From contig NZ_JAUXOY010000005.1 of the NCBI RefSeq assembly GCF_030684185.1, positions 1 to 32,000 on the forward strand: 32,000 nt of DNA, given 5' to 3'. Position 1 is the stretch's first letter. Each line of letters starts with the position of its first letter. Source of the stretch: Methylotenera sp. GTDB taxonomy: Bacteria > Pseudomonadota > Gammaproteobacteria > Burkholderiales > Methylophilaceae. The notes below the pieces were generated by a model. It had not been told where the DNA came from and ran no database searches. It saw nothing but the letters and a program-made list of their open reading frames with translations. Positions 8,957 to 17,907 of the stretch are shown piece by piece. The translations under genes and the position numbers were made by a program.

Positions 8957-9991
8957 ATGAATAAATTTATTTCTTTGCTAAACGCGTTAATCACAAGGTC
9001 ATTTATGGTGTTATTTCTAACATCATTGGTGTCTGTTGCGCATGCAGATGAACTCAAAGACATTTCACAAATGGCAGACCAAGGTCAGGCTGTTGCTGCA
9101 ATTGACCGTTTAAACACTTACATTACAGCCAACCCTAAAAATGCGCAGGCATTATTCATGAAAGGTGTTTTACTAGCCGAACAAGGCCGCCGAGATGAAG
9201 CCATTAAAACATTTACCGATGTGACTGAGAAGTTTCCTAACTTACCTGAGCCTTACAACAACCTAGCTGTTCTGTATGCTGATCAAGGCCAGTTTGATAA
9301 AGCAAGAAAAGCCCTTGAAACAGCGATAAAAACTCATCCGAGCTATGCCACTGCACATGAAAACCTGGGTGATATTTATGCACGAATGGCTTCTGAAGCT
9401 TACGATAAGGCGTTGCAACTGGATACAAGCAACACTCGCGCTGAAGGCAAGCTTTCAATGATTAAGGACTTATTTGGCACTGGCAACAAAACAACGTTAG
9501 CCTCTAAAGCACCTGCCAAAGCGGATGTTAAAGTTGCCAACCCAATTCGCCCAGCTGATACTAAACCAGCAGAAATCAAAAAAGTTGATACTGTGGCTAC
9601 AAAACCAACAACGCCTGCGACGCAGCCAATTGCTGATGCCGGCAAAAATACAGATGATGCTTTAACTTCTGCCATCAATAGCTGGGCACAAGCCTGGTCA
9701 TCAAAAAATATTGACCAGTATTTTGCCAGCTATGGCGCAAGCTTCAAGCCAGCAAAAGGTGAAAGTCGCAAAGCATGGGAGGAACAACGCCGTGAACGTA
9801 TTTCTAAGCCGTCTAAAATCAATGTTGAGGTGTCTAATATCAACATCAGTTCACTAGATGACAACAATGCTAAGGTACGCTTTAAGCAGACTTATCAGGC
9901 TGATGGTAAACCGATTTTCACTACTAAAACATTGGTAATGAAAAATGAAGGCGGTAAATGGTTCATCGTGCAAGAGATTGCGGGTAGCTAG
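8957..9991 (+). CDS. Secreted TPR-repeat protein with a C-terminal NTF2/SnoaL-like (Cds6-type) domain
   Basis: Signal peptide, and TPR-like repeats (ALFMKGVLLAEQGRRDEAI, PYNNLAVLYADQGQFDKA, ENLGDIYARMA). A Pro/Thr/Lys linker follows. The C-terminal domain resembles the C-terminus of the next gene's product. Confidence 0.8.
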   Translation: MNKFISLLNALITRSFMVLFLTSLVSVAHADELKDISQMADQGQAVAAIDRLNTYITANPKNAQALFMKGVLLAEQGRRDEAIKTFTDVTEKFPNLPEPYNNLAVLYADQGQFDKARKALETAIKTHPSYATAHENLGDIYARMASEAYDKALQLDTSNTRAEGKLSMIKDLFGTGNKTTLASKAPAKADVKVANPIRPADTKPAEIKKVDTVATKPTTPATQPIADAGKNTDDALTSAINSWAQAWSSKNIDQYFASYGASFKPAKGESRKAWEEQRRERISKPSKINVEVSNINISSLDDNNAKVRFKQTYQADGKPIFTTKTLVMKNEGGKWFIVQEIAGS

Positions 9992-10058
9992 GCTGATAAG
10001 CCAACTTGTATTCATTGATTATGTCTATTTTAGGTTTTCTAGGATGATTTACTGAAAT

Positions 10059-11285
10059 ATGGTTTTAAATAAAAGTTTAACCTACGTTATTTTAGCGGCG
10101 ATTACACTGGTGCCGTGGAATGCGACGGCAGTTAATAGCTATAGTTTAAGCAATCTATTGCATAAACCTAAACTTAACGAGTTGGCAGATCTAGCCGAAA
10201 ATTTATTGGTAAAAAGTTTGCTTGAAATTACCCAAGGTAAAAATCAACAAGCCTTAAACACCGTAGATGAACTCATTCATAAAATACCTAACTTTAAATT
10301 GGCCTATCTCGTACGTGGCGATTTACTAACGGCACAAGCGCAGCACTTACAGGCTTTTGGTAACGCTGGCATAAACAAACCTGATGCCGTTAAAGATTTG
10401 CAAGCAGAAGCGCGTGCTCGAATCGAACGTTATTTATCAAATGAAAATTTAGATAAACTCCCAAAACTGTTATTGGCGCCCAGTGAGCAGCAAAGCCATA
10501 TCATTGTGGTTGATACTGACAAGTCACGTCTATACTTGTATAAAAATAACGGAGGCAGTTTAAGTTATGCGGCAGACTACTACGTTACTGTTGGCAAAAA
10601 TGGTGTTAATAAGCAAGTTGAAGGTGACAAGCGCACTCCGATAGGCGTTTATTTTACCAAACCAAAATTAACTCAGCCACTAGCAGATATGTATGGAGAG
10701 GGCGCTTACCCACTTAACTACCCCAATGAATGGGATAGCAGATACAAGAGAAGCGGATATGGGATTTGGCTACACGGCACCCCTAGCAACACCTATAGCA
10801 GACCACCAAATGCCAGTGATGGTTGCGTAGTATTGACCAACCAAGACATAAAAACACTCGCCCCTATTTTGCAGGCAGGCAACACACCAGTGATAATTGC
10901 CAACAACTTAAAATGGATAGATGCTGATAGTTCTGAATCTGAAAAACAGTCACTGCAAATTGCGATAAATGATTGGTTGAAAGACTGGAAATCACAGAAT
11001 ACACCCCAATATCTATCACATTACTCGCAGTCATTCTCTGCCAGCGGAATTAACTTCCAACAGTGGTCAAACCATAAGTTCAGTGTGCAGGCAAGTAAAC
11101 CAAAGGTGGAAATCGCTTTGTCAAATGTCAGCATGTTTGCTTATCCAGATGAAAATAGAAAAGTTGTTGTTGTTAATTTTACCCAAGACTTTAAGAGCCC
11201 AAGCCTAAGTAACAAAATGCAGAAAAGACAATACTGGATTCAGGAAGGCACCTCCTGGAAAATCATATATGAGGGTGCCGCTTAA
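10059..11285 (+). CDS. L,D-transpeptidase family protein (YkuD catalytic domain)
   Basis: Signal peptide. The YkuD active-site region is IWLHGTPSNTYSRPPNASDGCVVL (His ... Cys). The C-terminal domain (INDWLKDWKSQN ...) is paralogous to the C-terminus of the 8957-9991 product. Confidence 0.8.
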   Translation: MVLNKSLTYVILAAITLVPWNATAVNSYSLSNLLHKPKLNELADLAENLLVKSLLEITQGKNQQALNTVDELIHKIPNFKLAYLVRGDLLTAQAQHLQAFGNAGINKPDAVKDLQAEARARIERYLSNENLDKLPKLLLAPSEQQSHIIVVDTDKSRLYLYKNNGGSLSYAADYYVTVGKNGVNKQVEGDKRTPIGVYFTKPKLTQPLADMYGEGAYPLNYPNEWDSRYKRSGYGIWLHGTPSNTYSRPPNASDGCVVLTNQDIKTLAPILQAGNTPVIIANNLKWIDADSSESEKQSLQIAINDWLKDWKSQNTPQYLSHYSQSFSASGINFQQWSNHKFSVQASKPKVEIALSNVSMFAYPDENRKVVVVNFTQDFKSPSLSNKMQKRQYWIQEGTSWKIIYEGAA

Positions 11286-11369
11286 CTATATCCCAGGCTT
11301 GAGATTTAGGCCAATCATCGCAGCAAAACAAACTCAATTCAAATTAATGCTTTAATCCTTAGGAAGAAT

Positions 11370-11957
11370 ATGCGTAAACTTTATACTTTTTTAATGCTGG
11401 CACTTTTCACTGCATTTAGTTTGGTAAGCGCACCTGCGATTGCTGCAAACCCACAAGTGGTTTTTGAAACCAATCACGGCAATTTTATTGTTGAACTTTA
11501 CCCAGAAAAAGCACCTAAAACTGTGGCGAATTTCTTGCAATATGTTAAATCCGGCTTTTACAAAGACACCATTTTTCACCGCGTGATTGATCGCTTCATG
11601 ATACAAGGCGGTGGGTTTAACGCGGATATGTCAGAAAAACAAACACGACCACCTGTAGTTAATGAAGCTGCAAATGGCTTACTTAATGAGCCTGGCACGC
11701 TTGCAATGGCAAGAACAAGTGAGCCGGACTCAGCTACTGCTCAATTTTTTATCAACCTTGAAAACAACGTGCCGCTTAACTTCCGTGGGCCTGATCCTGA
11801 CTCTATAGGCTATTGTGTATTCGGTCGGGTGCTTAAAGGTATGGATGTAGTGCGTGAAATAGCTATTACACCCACGATTAACGTCGGGCCGTATTACAAC
11901 GTACCAAAATCAACGATTTTAATTCATCAGGTTAAACTAATCACCCAGCCTTTATAG
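11370..11957 (+). CDS. ppiA: Periplasmic peptidyl-prolyl cis-trans isomerase (cyclophilin type)
   Basis: Signal peptide plus cyclophilin motifs [15 protein letters not shown] and TLAMARTSEPDSATAQFFIN. Confidence 0.9.
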   Translation: MRKLYTFLMLALFTAFSLVSAPAIAANPQVVFETNHGNFIVELYPEKAPKTVANFLQYVKSGFYKDTIFHRVIDRFMIQGGGFNADMSEKQTRPPVVNEAANGLLNEPGTLAMARTSEPDSATAQFFINLENNVPLNFRGPDPDSIGYCVFGRVLKGMDVVREIAITPTINVGPYYNVPKSTILIHQVKLITQPL

Positions 11958-11991
11958 GCTGTTTTTACAACTCAATTATTAAGGATATTTT

Positions 11992-12483
11992 GTGGTTAAA
12001 CTACTTACAAATTTTGGCGAAATTACTTTAGAACTAGATGCCGAAAAAGCGCCGATTACTGTCGCTAACTTTTTACAATACGTGGACAATGGTTTTTATG
12101 ATGGCACTATTTTTCATCGTGTAATTGATGGTTTTATGATTCAGGGTGGTGGTTTTGACGCTACGATGAATCAAAAAGAGTCTGCAGATGAAATTAAGAA
12201 TGAAGCCGACAATGGCCTAGGTAATGAACAATACACTATCGCTATGGCTCGCACATCTGCACCACACTCAGCTAGTAGCCAGTTTTTCATCAACGTTGGC
12301 AATAATGAATTTCTAAATCACTCCGCACCTACAAGTAGTGGTTGGGGTTACTGTGTATTCGGCAAAGTGACCGCTGGTGCTGATGTGGTTGATAAAATCA
12401 AAAAGGTCAAAACCACTAGCCGTAAAGGTCATCAAGATGTTCCAGTGGACAATGTAGTGATTGAAAAAGCTACCCGCGCTTAA
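11992..12483 (+). CDS. ppiB: Cytoplasmic peptidyl-prolyl cis-trans isomerase (cyclophilin type)
   Basis: No signal peptide. Motifs are [15 protein letters not shown] and [19 protein letters not shown]. It has a GTG start, and its N-terminus ([11 protein letters not shown]) is like E. coli PpiB. Confidence 0.9.
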   Translation: MVKLLTNFGEITLELDAEKAPITVANFLQYVDNGFYDGTIFHRVIDGFMIQGGGFDATMNQKESADEIKNEADNGLGNEQYTIAMARTSAPHSASSQFFINVGNNEFLNHSAPTSSGWGYCVFGKVTAGADVVDKIKKVKTTSRKGHQDVPVDNVVIEKATRA

Positions 12484-12537
12484 TCATTGATAGAGTTAAG
12501 CTGACTGATTAACCTCAAGTAAATTATTCTGTTTAAC

Positions 12538-13299
12538 ATGGAAAACTTCGGAAATAATTCAAGTTCGAGCGTTATTAAACCAGACTTGTTTATTTCCGAT
12601 TTACATTTGTGTTCAAGTCGCCCGCACATCACCTCAGCTTTTTTAAGTTTCCTGCAAAATACCGTATCACAATCGAATGCCCTCTATATTTTAGGTGATT
12701 TGTTTGAATACTGGGCGGGCGATGATGATATTAAAGATGCTCACCATCAACCTATTATTAACGCGTTTCGAACGCTGGCTGAATCAGGTGTGAAAATCTT
12801 TTTTATGCACGGCAATCGCGATTTTCTTATTTCTAAAATCTTCTGCGATGCAGCAAAAATCACTTTACTCAACGACCCAAGCTTAATTGATTTGCATGGC
12901 CAACGCGCACTTTTAAGCCATGGCGATGATTTATGTACGGATGATTTGGATTACCAAGCATTCCGCCGGCAAGTGAGAGATCCGCAGTGGAAGAAGGAAT
13001 TTCTAAGCCAAACCTTACAGTCTAGAAAAGAGCAAATTGAAGCGATTCGACTGCGTAGCGAAAAAGAAAAATCACAAAAATCTATGCTAATCATGGATGT
13101 TAACCAACTGGCGGTTAACAAGCTAATTAAAAAAAACCATTATCCAAAGTTGTTAATTCATGGTCACACGCACAGGCCGTATCAACATCATATCCAATTA
13201 GATGGGCACAGTATCACAAGGTGGGTTTTGGGAGATTGGTACGAGCAGGGAAGCTACTTAAGATGTGACCAGTTCGGCTGTAAAGCGATGCGTTTATAG
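12538..13299 (+). CDS. lpxH: UDP-2,3-diacylglucosamine diphosphatase
   Basis: Calcineurin-like metallophosphoesterase motifs SDLHL, GDLFEYW, GNRDF and HGHTHRP. The ppiA-ppiB-lpxH order is conserved. Confidence 0.88.
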   Translation: MENFGNNSSSSVIKPDLFISDLHLCSSRPHITSAFLSFLQNTVSQSNALYILGDLFEYWAGDDDIKDAHHQPIINAFRTLAESGVKIFFMHGNRDFLISKIFCDAAKITLLNDPSLIDLHGQRALLSHGDDLCTDDLDYQAFRRQVRDPQWKKEFLSQTLQSRKEQIEAIRLRSEKEKSQKSMLIMDVNQLAVNKLIKKNHYPKLLIHGHTHRPYQHHIQLDGHSITRWVLGDWYEQGSYLRCDQFGCKAMRL

Positions 13300-13364
13300 G
13301 ACATTGAATCTTACAATCTAATCCATACACTGAGCACTAAGCGAATAATTAGTTCAGTATTGCG

Positions 13365-14996
13365 TTAAGGCTGATACCCTGGAATTTTCGTTTCATCAAC
13401 ATCATCAATCTGCTCGGACTCCAGAAATTGCTGGGCATACTTCAAGTAAACTTTGTCACGCACAAAAATATCAAACAGGTCTGGATCTATGTGCTGATCT
13501 TCTTTCATTTTACCTAAGATATATAGCGACTCCGAAAGTGTTTTAGCTTTTTTGTATGGCCGGTCTTTTGAAGTTAATGCCTCGAAAATATCTGCAATAC
13601 CCATCACGCGAGCAGGCACTGACATCTGTTCGCGCGTCAACCCTTTAGGGTAGCCACGACCATCCATACGCTCATGATGTCCACACGCATACTCTGGTAC
13701 ACGTTTTAACCCATTTGGGTACGGTAGTGAATCAAGCATATTGATAGTGACGACGATGTGATTGTTAATCACTTCTCTTTCTTCAGCAGTTAACGTACCT
13801 CGCACAATGTTTAGGTTGTAAACTTCATTTGCGCTTAATATGGGACTAGCTATGCCGTTTGAATCGTAAAGCAAAGCTGCAGCTATATCTATAACGCGTT
13901 GCTGATCCTCTGATGTCATATACTCACTACCGAAATTAGTTTTTCGTAAAAAGTCGCGGTCTGCGTCACACTTTATTTTAAAGGCTGCTAACGCTGCTTC
14001 TGATTTAGAAAAGTCAATTTTTTGTCCGTTACGCAACGCCTCAACTTGTTTTTTCAAAAACTCACATTCAGCCTGACTTTTAAGCAGTTCAAAACGCTGA
14101 TCGACCAAGTCAATACGATCGAATATACCTGACAATTTAGTTGGTTTATCCATCACAGATTCTGGCGTAGTCACTTTGCCGCAATCATGTAACCAACCCG
14201 CAATCTTCAACTCATAAAACTCTTTTTCATTTAACATGAAGTCCTTAAGCGGACCAACCTTGGTGTCTATTGCTGCCTGTGCCAACATCATAGTTAGTTC
14301 AGGCACTCGCCGACAATGACCGCCAGTATATGGCGACTTCTGGTCAATCGCCTCCGCAATCAATTCAATGAAAGCTTCAAACAAAGCCTTTAGGCCTTCA
14401 ATTAAGTTTTGGCTAGTCATGGCAACCGCAGCTTGCGAAGCCAGTGACTCAACTAAACTTTGATTAGCCTGTGAAAAAGGAATAATTTCCTGCGTATCAA
14501 TATCAATCGCATTGATCAGTTGCAATACGCCGATCACTTCTTCCTCATGATTTTTCATAGGGATAGTTAAAAATGACTGAGAATGGTAACCAGTTTTCTC
14601 ATCATATTTACGTGTACCAGTAAAATCAAAATCCCGTGTCTGGTAGACATTTTCAATATTGACGGTTTTATCGTTCAAAGTCGCATAAGCAACTACGGTA
14701 GTTAGGTTTGGACTTCCATCCTCTAAATACATAGGAATAGGTAAGAACGGAATTTCTTTACCTGTTGTCCCACCTAAAGCGATATTAAGTGTTTTATTAC
14801 TCATCATCTCAAACTTTAGGTGCTTATCGTCAGTAATGGTATATAGCGTACCCCCATCAGCATTAGTGATTTCCTGCGCACCCAGCAAAATCATTTCTAA
14901 CAGACGCTTATTATCTCGCTCGGCAGAAAGTGCTACGCCAATGGCATTGAGACGTTCGAGCCGTTTTAATAAATAAGGATGTTGTTGATCAATCAT
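13365..14996 (-). CDS. GAF domain-containing HD-GYP phosphohydrolase (probable c-di-GMP phosphodiesterase)
   Basis: N-terminal GAF-like region (GGTLYTI ... SFLTIPMKNHEEEVIGVLQLINA). The C-terminal HD-GYP signature is WLHDCGKV ... GHHERMDGRGYPKGL. Confidence 0.88.
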   Translation of the reverse strand: MIDQQHPYLLKRLERLNAIGVALSAERDNKRLLEMILLGAQEITNADGGTLYTITDDKHLKFEMMSNKTLNIALGGTTGKEIPFLPIPMYLEDGSPNLTTVVAYATLNDKTVNIENVYQTRDFDFTGTRKYDEKTGYHSQSFLTIPMKNHEEEVIGVLQLINAIDIDTQEIIPFSQANQSLVESLASQAAVAMTSQNLIEGLKALFEAFIELIAEAIDQKSPYTGGHCRRVPELTMMLAQAAIDTKVGPLKDFMLNEKEFYELKIAGWLHDCGKVTTPESVMDKPTKLSGIFDRIDLVDQRFELLKSQAECEFLKKQVEALRNGQKIDFSKSEAALAAFKIKCDADRDFLRKTNFGSEYMTSEDQQRVIDIAAALLYDSNGIASPILSANEVYNLNIVRGTLTAEEREVINNHIVVTINMLDSLPYPNGLKRVPEYACGHHERMDGRGYPKGLTREQMSVPARVMGIADIFEALTSKDRPYKKAKTLSESLYILGKMKEDQHIDPDLFDIFVRDKVYLKYAQQFLESEQIDDVDETKIPGYQP

Positions 14997-15090
14997 TATG
15001 GGTAGGTGTGTTAATTACAAGTTAAGTCTAAAATATACTGACGGTTATATTCAATATTACTAAGATAAGCATTGAGTGAGTTTAATAAAT

Positions 15091-15852
15091 CTAGATTTTA
15101 TCTAGATAAAATTCCATTTTTACACCAGCAAGCTCAATAACGTCGTGGTCACTGAGCGCAAACGCTTGTGCGCCGGTAGATTTACTGTTTACTGTTGGAA
15201 ATACTTTCCCTTCGACATGTGTGACGAAGTAGCCATTGGGCCGTTTAGTAATTACAGCGACTTGCACACCAGTTTTGCCTAGCGTAGTAAGCGATTTATT
15301 TAAGACTAACTCACGTCCGACACTAGAGCCATTTAATACCTGTATTCTGCCAGTAGGGAGAACTGGGGCATCCGCCTCCTTACTCGCTGGAATAACTGGT
15401 GTATTTTTCTGCGTTTCCAGCGCTGACTGAGTTGATGGGCTTGATGAAGCTGTAGCTAAACTCTCATTGACGGCGGTTTTCTCCAACGCTTTAAATTCTG
15501 ATGGTCGCATCATAATCGTTTTCTCAAATGCACCGTCGTTACTGCTTTGCTCAATTAACTTCGCCTCATTGATAAATTTTAATTGATACTTGCCAAACTC
15601 AATTAAATCGCCAGGTTGCAATAAATGACTTTTAACCAATTTGGCGTTGACCTCAGTACCATTCGTACTGTCCTGGTCTTCAATATAAAAATTGTCGCCC
15701 ACCTTCAATATAGTGGCGTGCTCACCACTTACGGCTAAATTATCAATATGGATGTCATTGGTTGGCCTGCGCCCAATGCTAGTGCGCTCCTTGCTGAGCT
15801 GGTATTCATTTAAAATCGTATTATCTAAAGAAAAAATCAGCTTAGCCATCAT
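15091..15852 (-). CDS. FHA domain protein: canonical N-terminal FHA, S/T/P-rich linker, degenerate C-terminal FHA-like domain
   Basis: The N-terminal FHA motif is SIGRRPTNDIHIDNLAVSGEHATI ... DQDSTNGTEVN. The linker is ATASSSPSTQSALETQKNTPVIPAS. The C-terminal region (TTLGKTGVQVAVI ... THVEG ... VNSK ... IELAGVKMEF) has FHA-like spacing but lacks some canonical residues. Confidence 0.85.
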   Translation of the reverse strand: MMAKLIFSLDNTILNEYQLSKERTSIGRRPTNDIHIDNLAVSGEHATILKVGDNFYIEDQDSTNGTEVNAKLVKSHLLQPGDLIEFGKYQLKFINEAKLIEQSSNDGAFEKTIMMRPSEFKALEKTAVNESLATASSSPSTQSALETQKNTPVIPASKEADAPVLPTGRIQVLNGSSVGRELVLNKSLTTLGKTGVQVAVITKRPNGYFVTHVEGKVFPTVNSKSTGAQAFALSDHDVIELAGVKMEFYLDKI

Positions 15853-15860
15853 CTACCCTG

Positions 15861-16700
15861 CTATTTTAACCAACCAAGAAAATTATCAACCCCTACCCTG
15901 TCCAGCCATGTTTCTTTGTACTCAAAAGACGCATTAACTTTGATGAGTATGACAGAAATATTATCACTTCCGCCATTGTCATTAGCCAGTTGCACAAGCG
16001 TATGCGCAGCATTTTCTATATTTGACGACAAATCATTAAGTACTGATTCAATGACCTCATCTTCAACTAAATCACTCAAACCATCTGAGCATATTAAATA
16101 TATATCATTGATTTCAACATTGTGTTCATTAAGTTCAAGCTCAACTTCCGGATCCACTCCCAAAGCACGGGTCACTAAATTTTTATTGGTTGAATATTTA
16201 GCTTGTTCTGGTGTAATCAGCCCTAATCTAATCTGCTCTTGCAATACTGAATGGTCTTCAGTTATTTGGCTCAACACCTGATTGCGTAATCGATACATAC
16301 GAGAGTCGCCAATATGTCCGACTAATAATTTGTTATTAGTAAACAGTCCAACTACGAGTGTTGCACCCATACCGGCACACTGAGGCTGAGTTTGAGAAAC
16401 ACTGTAAATAACTTCGTTAGCACTTTTTACGGCATTGATTATTAATTGCGCTTCGGCTTGCCGCCCTAGTGCTAAATCCACTTTACCTGGATGTTGTTTT
16501 GCAAGCGCTTCTTTAAGCTCAGCGGTGATACTTAAGACAGCAATTTCACTCGCGACTTCACCCGCTTTGTAACCACCCATACCATCAGCGAGCACGACGA
16601 AACCCATCGTATCGTCACTAGCAATCGCATCTTCATTATGCTCACGATGTAAGCCCACATCAGTTACACGCACAATTTCCAACACGCCACTTAAATTCAT
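15861..16700 (-). CDS. PP2C-family Ser/Thr protein phosphatase (Stp1-like)
   Basis: PP2C motifs HREHNEDA, LADGMGGYKAGEVAS, CSDGLSD and GGSDNISVILI. There is an 8-nt gap to the FHA gene, which suggests an operon. Confidence 0.9.
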   Translation of the reverse strand: MNLSGVLEIVRVTDVGLHREHNEDAIASDDTMGFVVLADGMGGYKAGEVASEIAVLSITAELKEALAKQHPGKVDLALGRQAEAQLIINAVKSANEVIYSVSQTQPQCAGMGATLVVGLFTNNKLLVGHIGDSRMYRLRNQVLSQITEDHSVLQEQIRLGLITPEQAKYSTNKNLVTRALGVDPEVELELNEHNVEINDIYLICSDGLSDLVEDEVIESVLNDLSSNIENAAHTLVQLANDNGGSDNISVILIKVNASFEYKETWLDRVGVDNFLGWLK

Positions 16701-16753
16701 ATTAACTTATGATTCATATTAACTTAGGTTCATATTAACTTAGGTTCATATCA
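16685..16753. repeat. Tandem 16-17 bp direct repeats that duplicate the translation start of the PP2C gene
   Basis: On the plus strand the units are ATTAACTTATGATTCAT (16701-16717), ATTAACTTAGGTTCAT (16718-16733) and ATTAACTTAGGTTCAT (16734-16749). A degenerate fourth copy, ACTTAAATTCAT, covers the real start codon (16698-16700). Confidence 0.9.
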
Positions 16754-16861
16754 ATTGCCTGCTCTACGTAAATCTTTAACGCGTATACCTAATTCTGGCA
16801 GTGCATAACATCTCATACTAATGTTTGCTGTATTTTCGATACTAGTAGTTTATAGTGTTTT

Positions 16862-17395
16862 TTAATTTTTATTATTCAGAACTTCAGCCGCACGTACATC
16901 GGCAGCAAGCTTATCTAGCACGCCGTTAATATACTTATGCCCATCTATGCCGCCATATATCTTAGCCAGCTCAACACCCTCATTAATCACTACGCGATAC
17001 GGGATACTCATATCAAACATCAATTCACAACCAGAGATTCGCAGGATTGCATGTTCAATTGGGCTTAATTCTGTGATTTTTCGGTCAATAAAGCTCGACA
17101 TTTTTTCATCAAGCTCAATCACATGGTTGCTTACAGTTTCAAGCAACTGTTTAAAGTAAGCTTCATCAGCCTTGTTATAATCAGGGTCGTCCGCCATGTC
17201 GCGGAATATTGGACCAAGTTCTGACTGATTTAACATGCCCCTATAAACCGCTTTAAGCACTAGCTCACGTGATTTTCTACGGTTTTTACCCGTATTTTTT
17301 TTTGCTGCCGACTTTTTTACCACCTCTTTTTTACTTGTTTCAGCATCATTGTCTACAACTAAACTTTTAACTGCCGGTTGAGTGACTACCATCAT
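16862..17395 (-). CDS. nusB: Transcription antitermination factor NusB, with a Lys-rich N-terminal extension of about 40 aa
   Basis: NusB core ([17 protein letters not shown] ... [16 protein letters not shown] ... [11 protein letters not shown]). Its start overlaps the ribH stop as ATGA (17392-17395). Confidence 0.88.
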   Translation of the reverse strand: MMVVTQPAVKSLVVDNDAETSKKEVVKKSAAKKNTGKNRRKSRELVLKAVYRGMLNQSELGPIFRDMADDPDYNKADEAYFKQLLETVSNHVIELDEKMSSFIDRKITELSPIEHAILRISGCELMFDMSIPYRVVINEGVELAKIYGGIDGHKYINGVLDKLAADVRAAEVLNNKN

Positions 17396-17841
17396 AGCGC
17401 TCGAATCAAATTAGCCATCTCAACTGCCACTTGGGCTGCTTCCGCACCCTTTACATGCATGCGAGCAATCGCCTGATCGTCATCCTCTGTCGTTAGCACT
17501 GCATTAGCAACAGGAATACCAGTATTAAACTGCACTTCAGAAATGCCACGTGCAGACTCATTTGAAACCACTTCAAAATGGTAGGTTTCACCACGAATAA
17601 TGGCGCCTAATGCAATCAATGCATCAAACTTTTCACTAATAGCCATATGCTGTAATACCAAAGGTGTTTCTAAGGCTCCTGGCACCGTTGCAATGGTAAT
17701 ATCATCAGTAGCAACCCCTAAATTTAATAGCTCCGTGGTGCATGCGCTAAGCAAGCCGTCACCAATATCACTATTAAATCTGGATAACACCACACCGATT
17801 TGCAGGCCTTTGCCATCTAAATTTTTCTCAATTTCTCTCAC
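17392..17841 (-). CDS. ribH: 6,7-dimethyl-8-ribityllumazine synthase
   Basis: Lumazine synthase signature (VLSRFNSDI ... [10 protein letters not shown] ... [16 protein letters not shown]), 149 aa, directly upstream of nusB. Confidence 0.92.
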   Translation of the reverse strand: MREIEKNLDGKGLQIGVVLSRFNSDIGDGLLSACTTELLNLGVATDDITIATVPGALETPLVLQHMAISEKFDALIALGAIIRGETYHFEVVSNESARGISEVQFNTGIPVANAVLTTEDDDQAIARMHVKGAEAAQVAVEMANLIRAL

Positions 17842-17874
17842 GTTTTATCCTTAATCGCTACTGCTTATTCATAA

Positions 17875-17893
17875 ATGCGGTATTTTACCGCAT
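17875..17893 (-). terminator. Possible intrinsic terminator after the MFS transporter gene
   Basis: ATGCGGTATTTTACCGCAT forms a stem of about 7-8 bp just past the MFS stop. The T-run on the minus strand is short (TTTAT), so the call is weak. Confidence 0.35.
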
Positions 17894-17907
17894 ATTAGCT
17901 GCATACT

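Noticed and set aside
16701-16749. CRISPR-like or minisatellite reading of the 16-17 bp repeats
   Set aside because: The units are directly adjacent with no spacers, number only three or four, and duplicate the gene start. This is a tandem duplication, not a CRISPR array.
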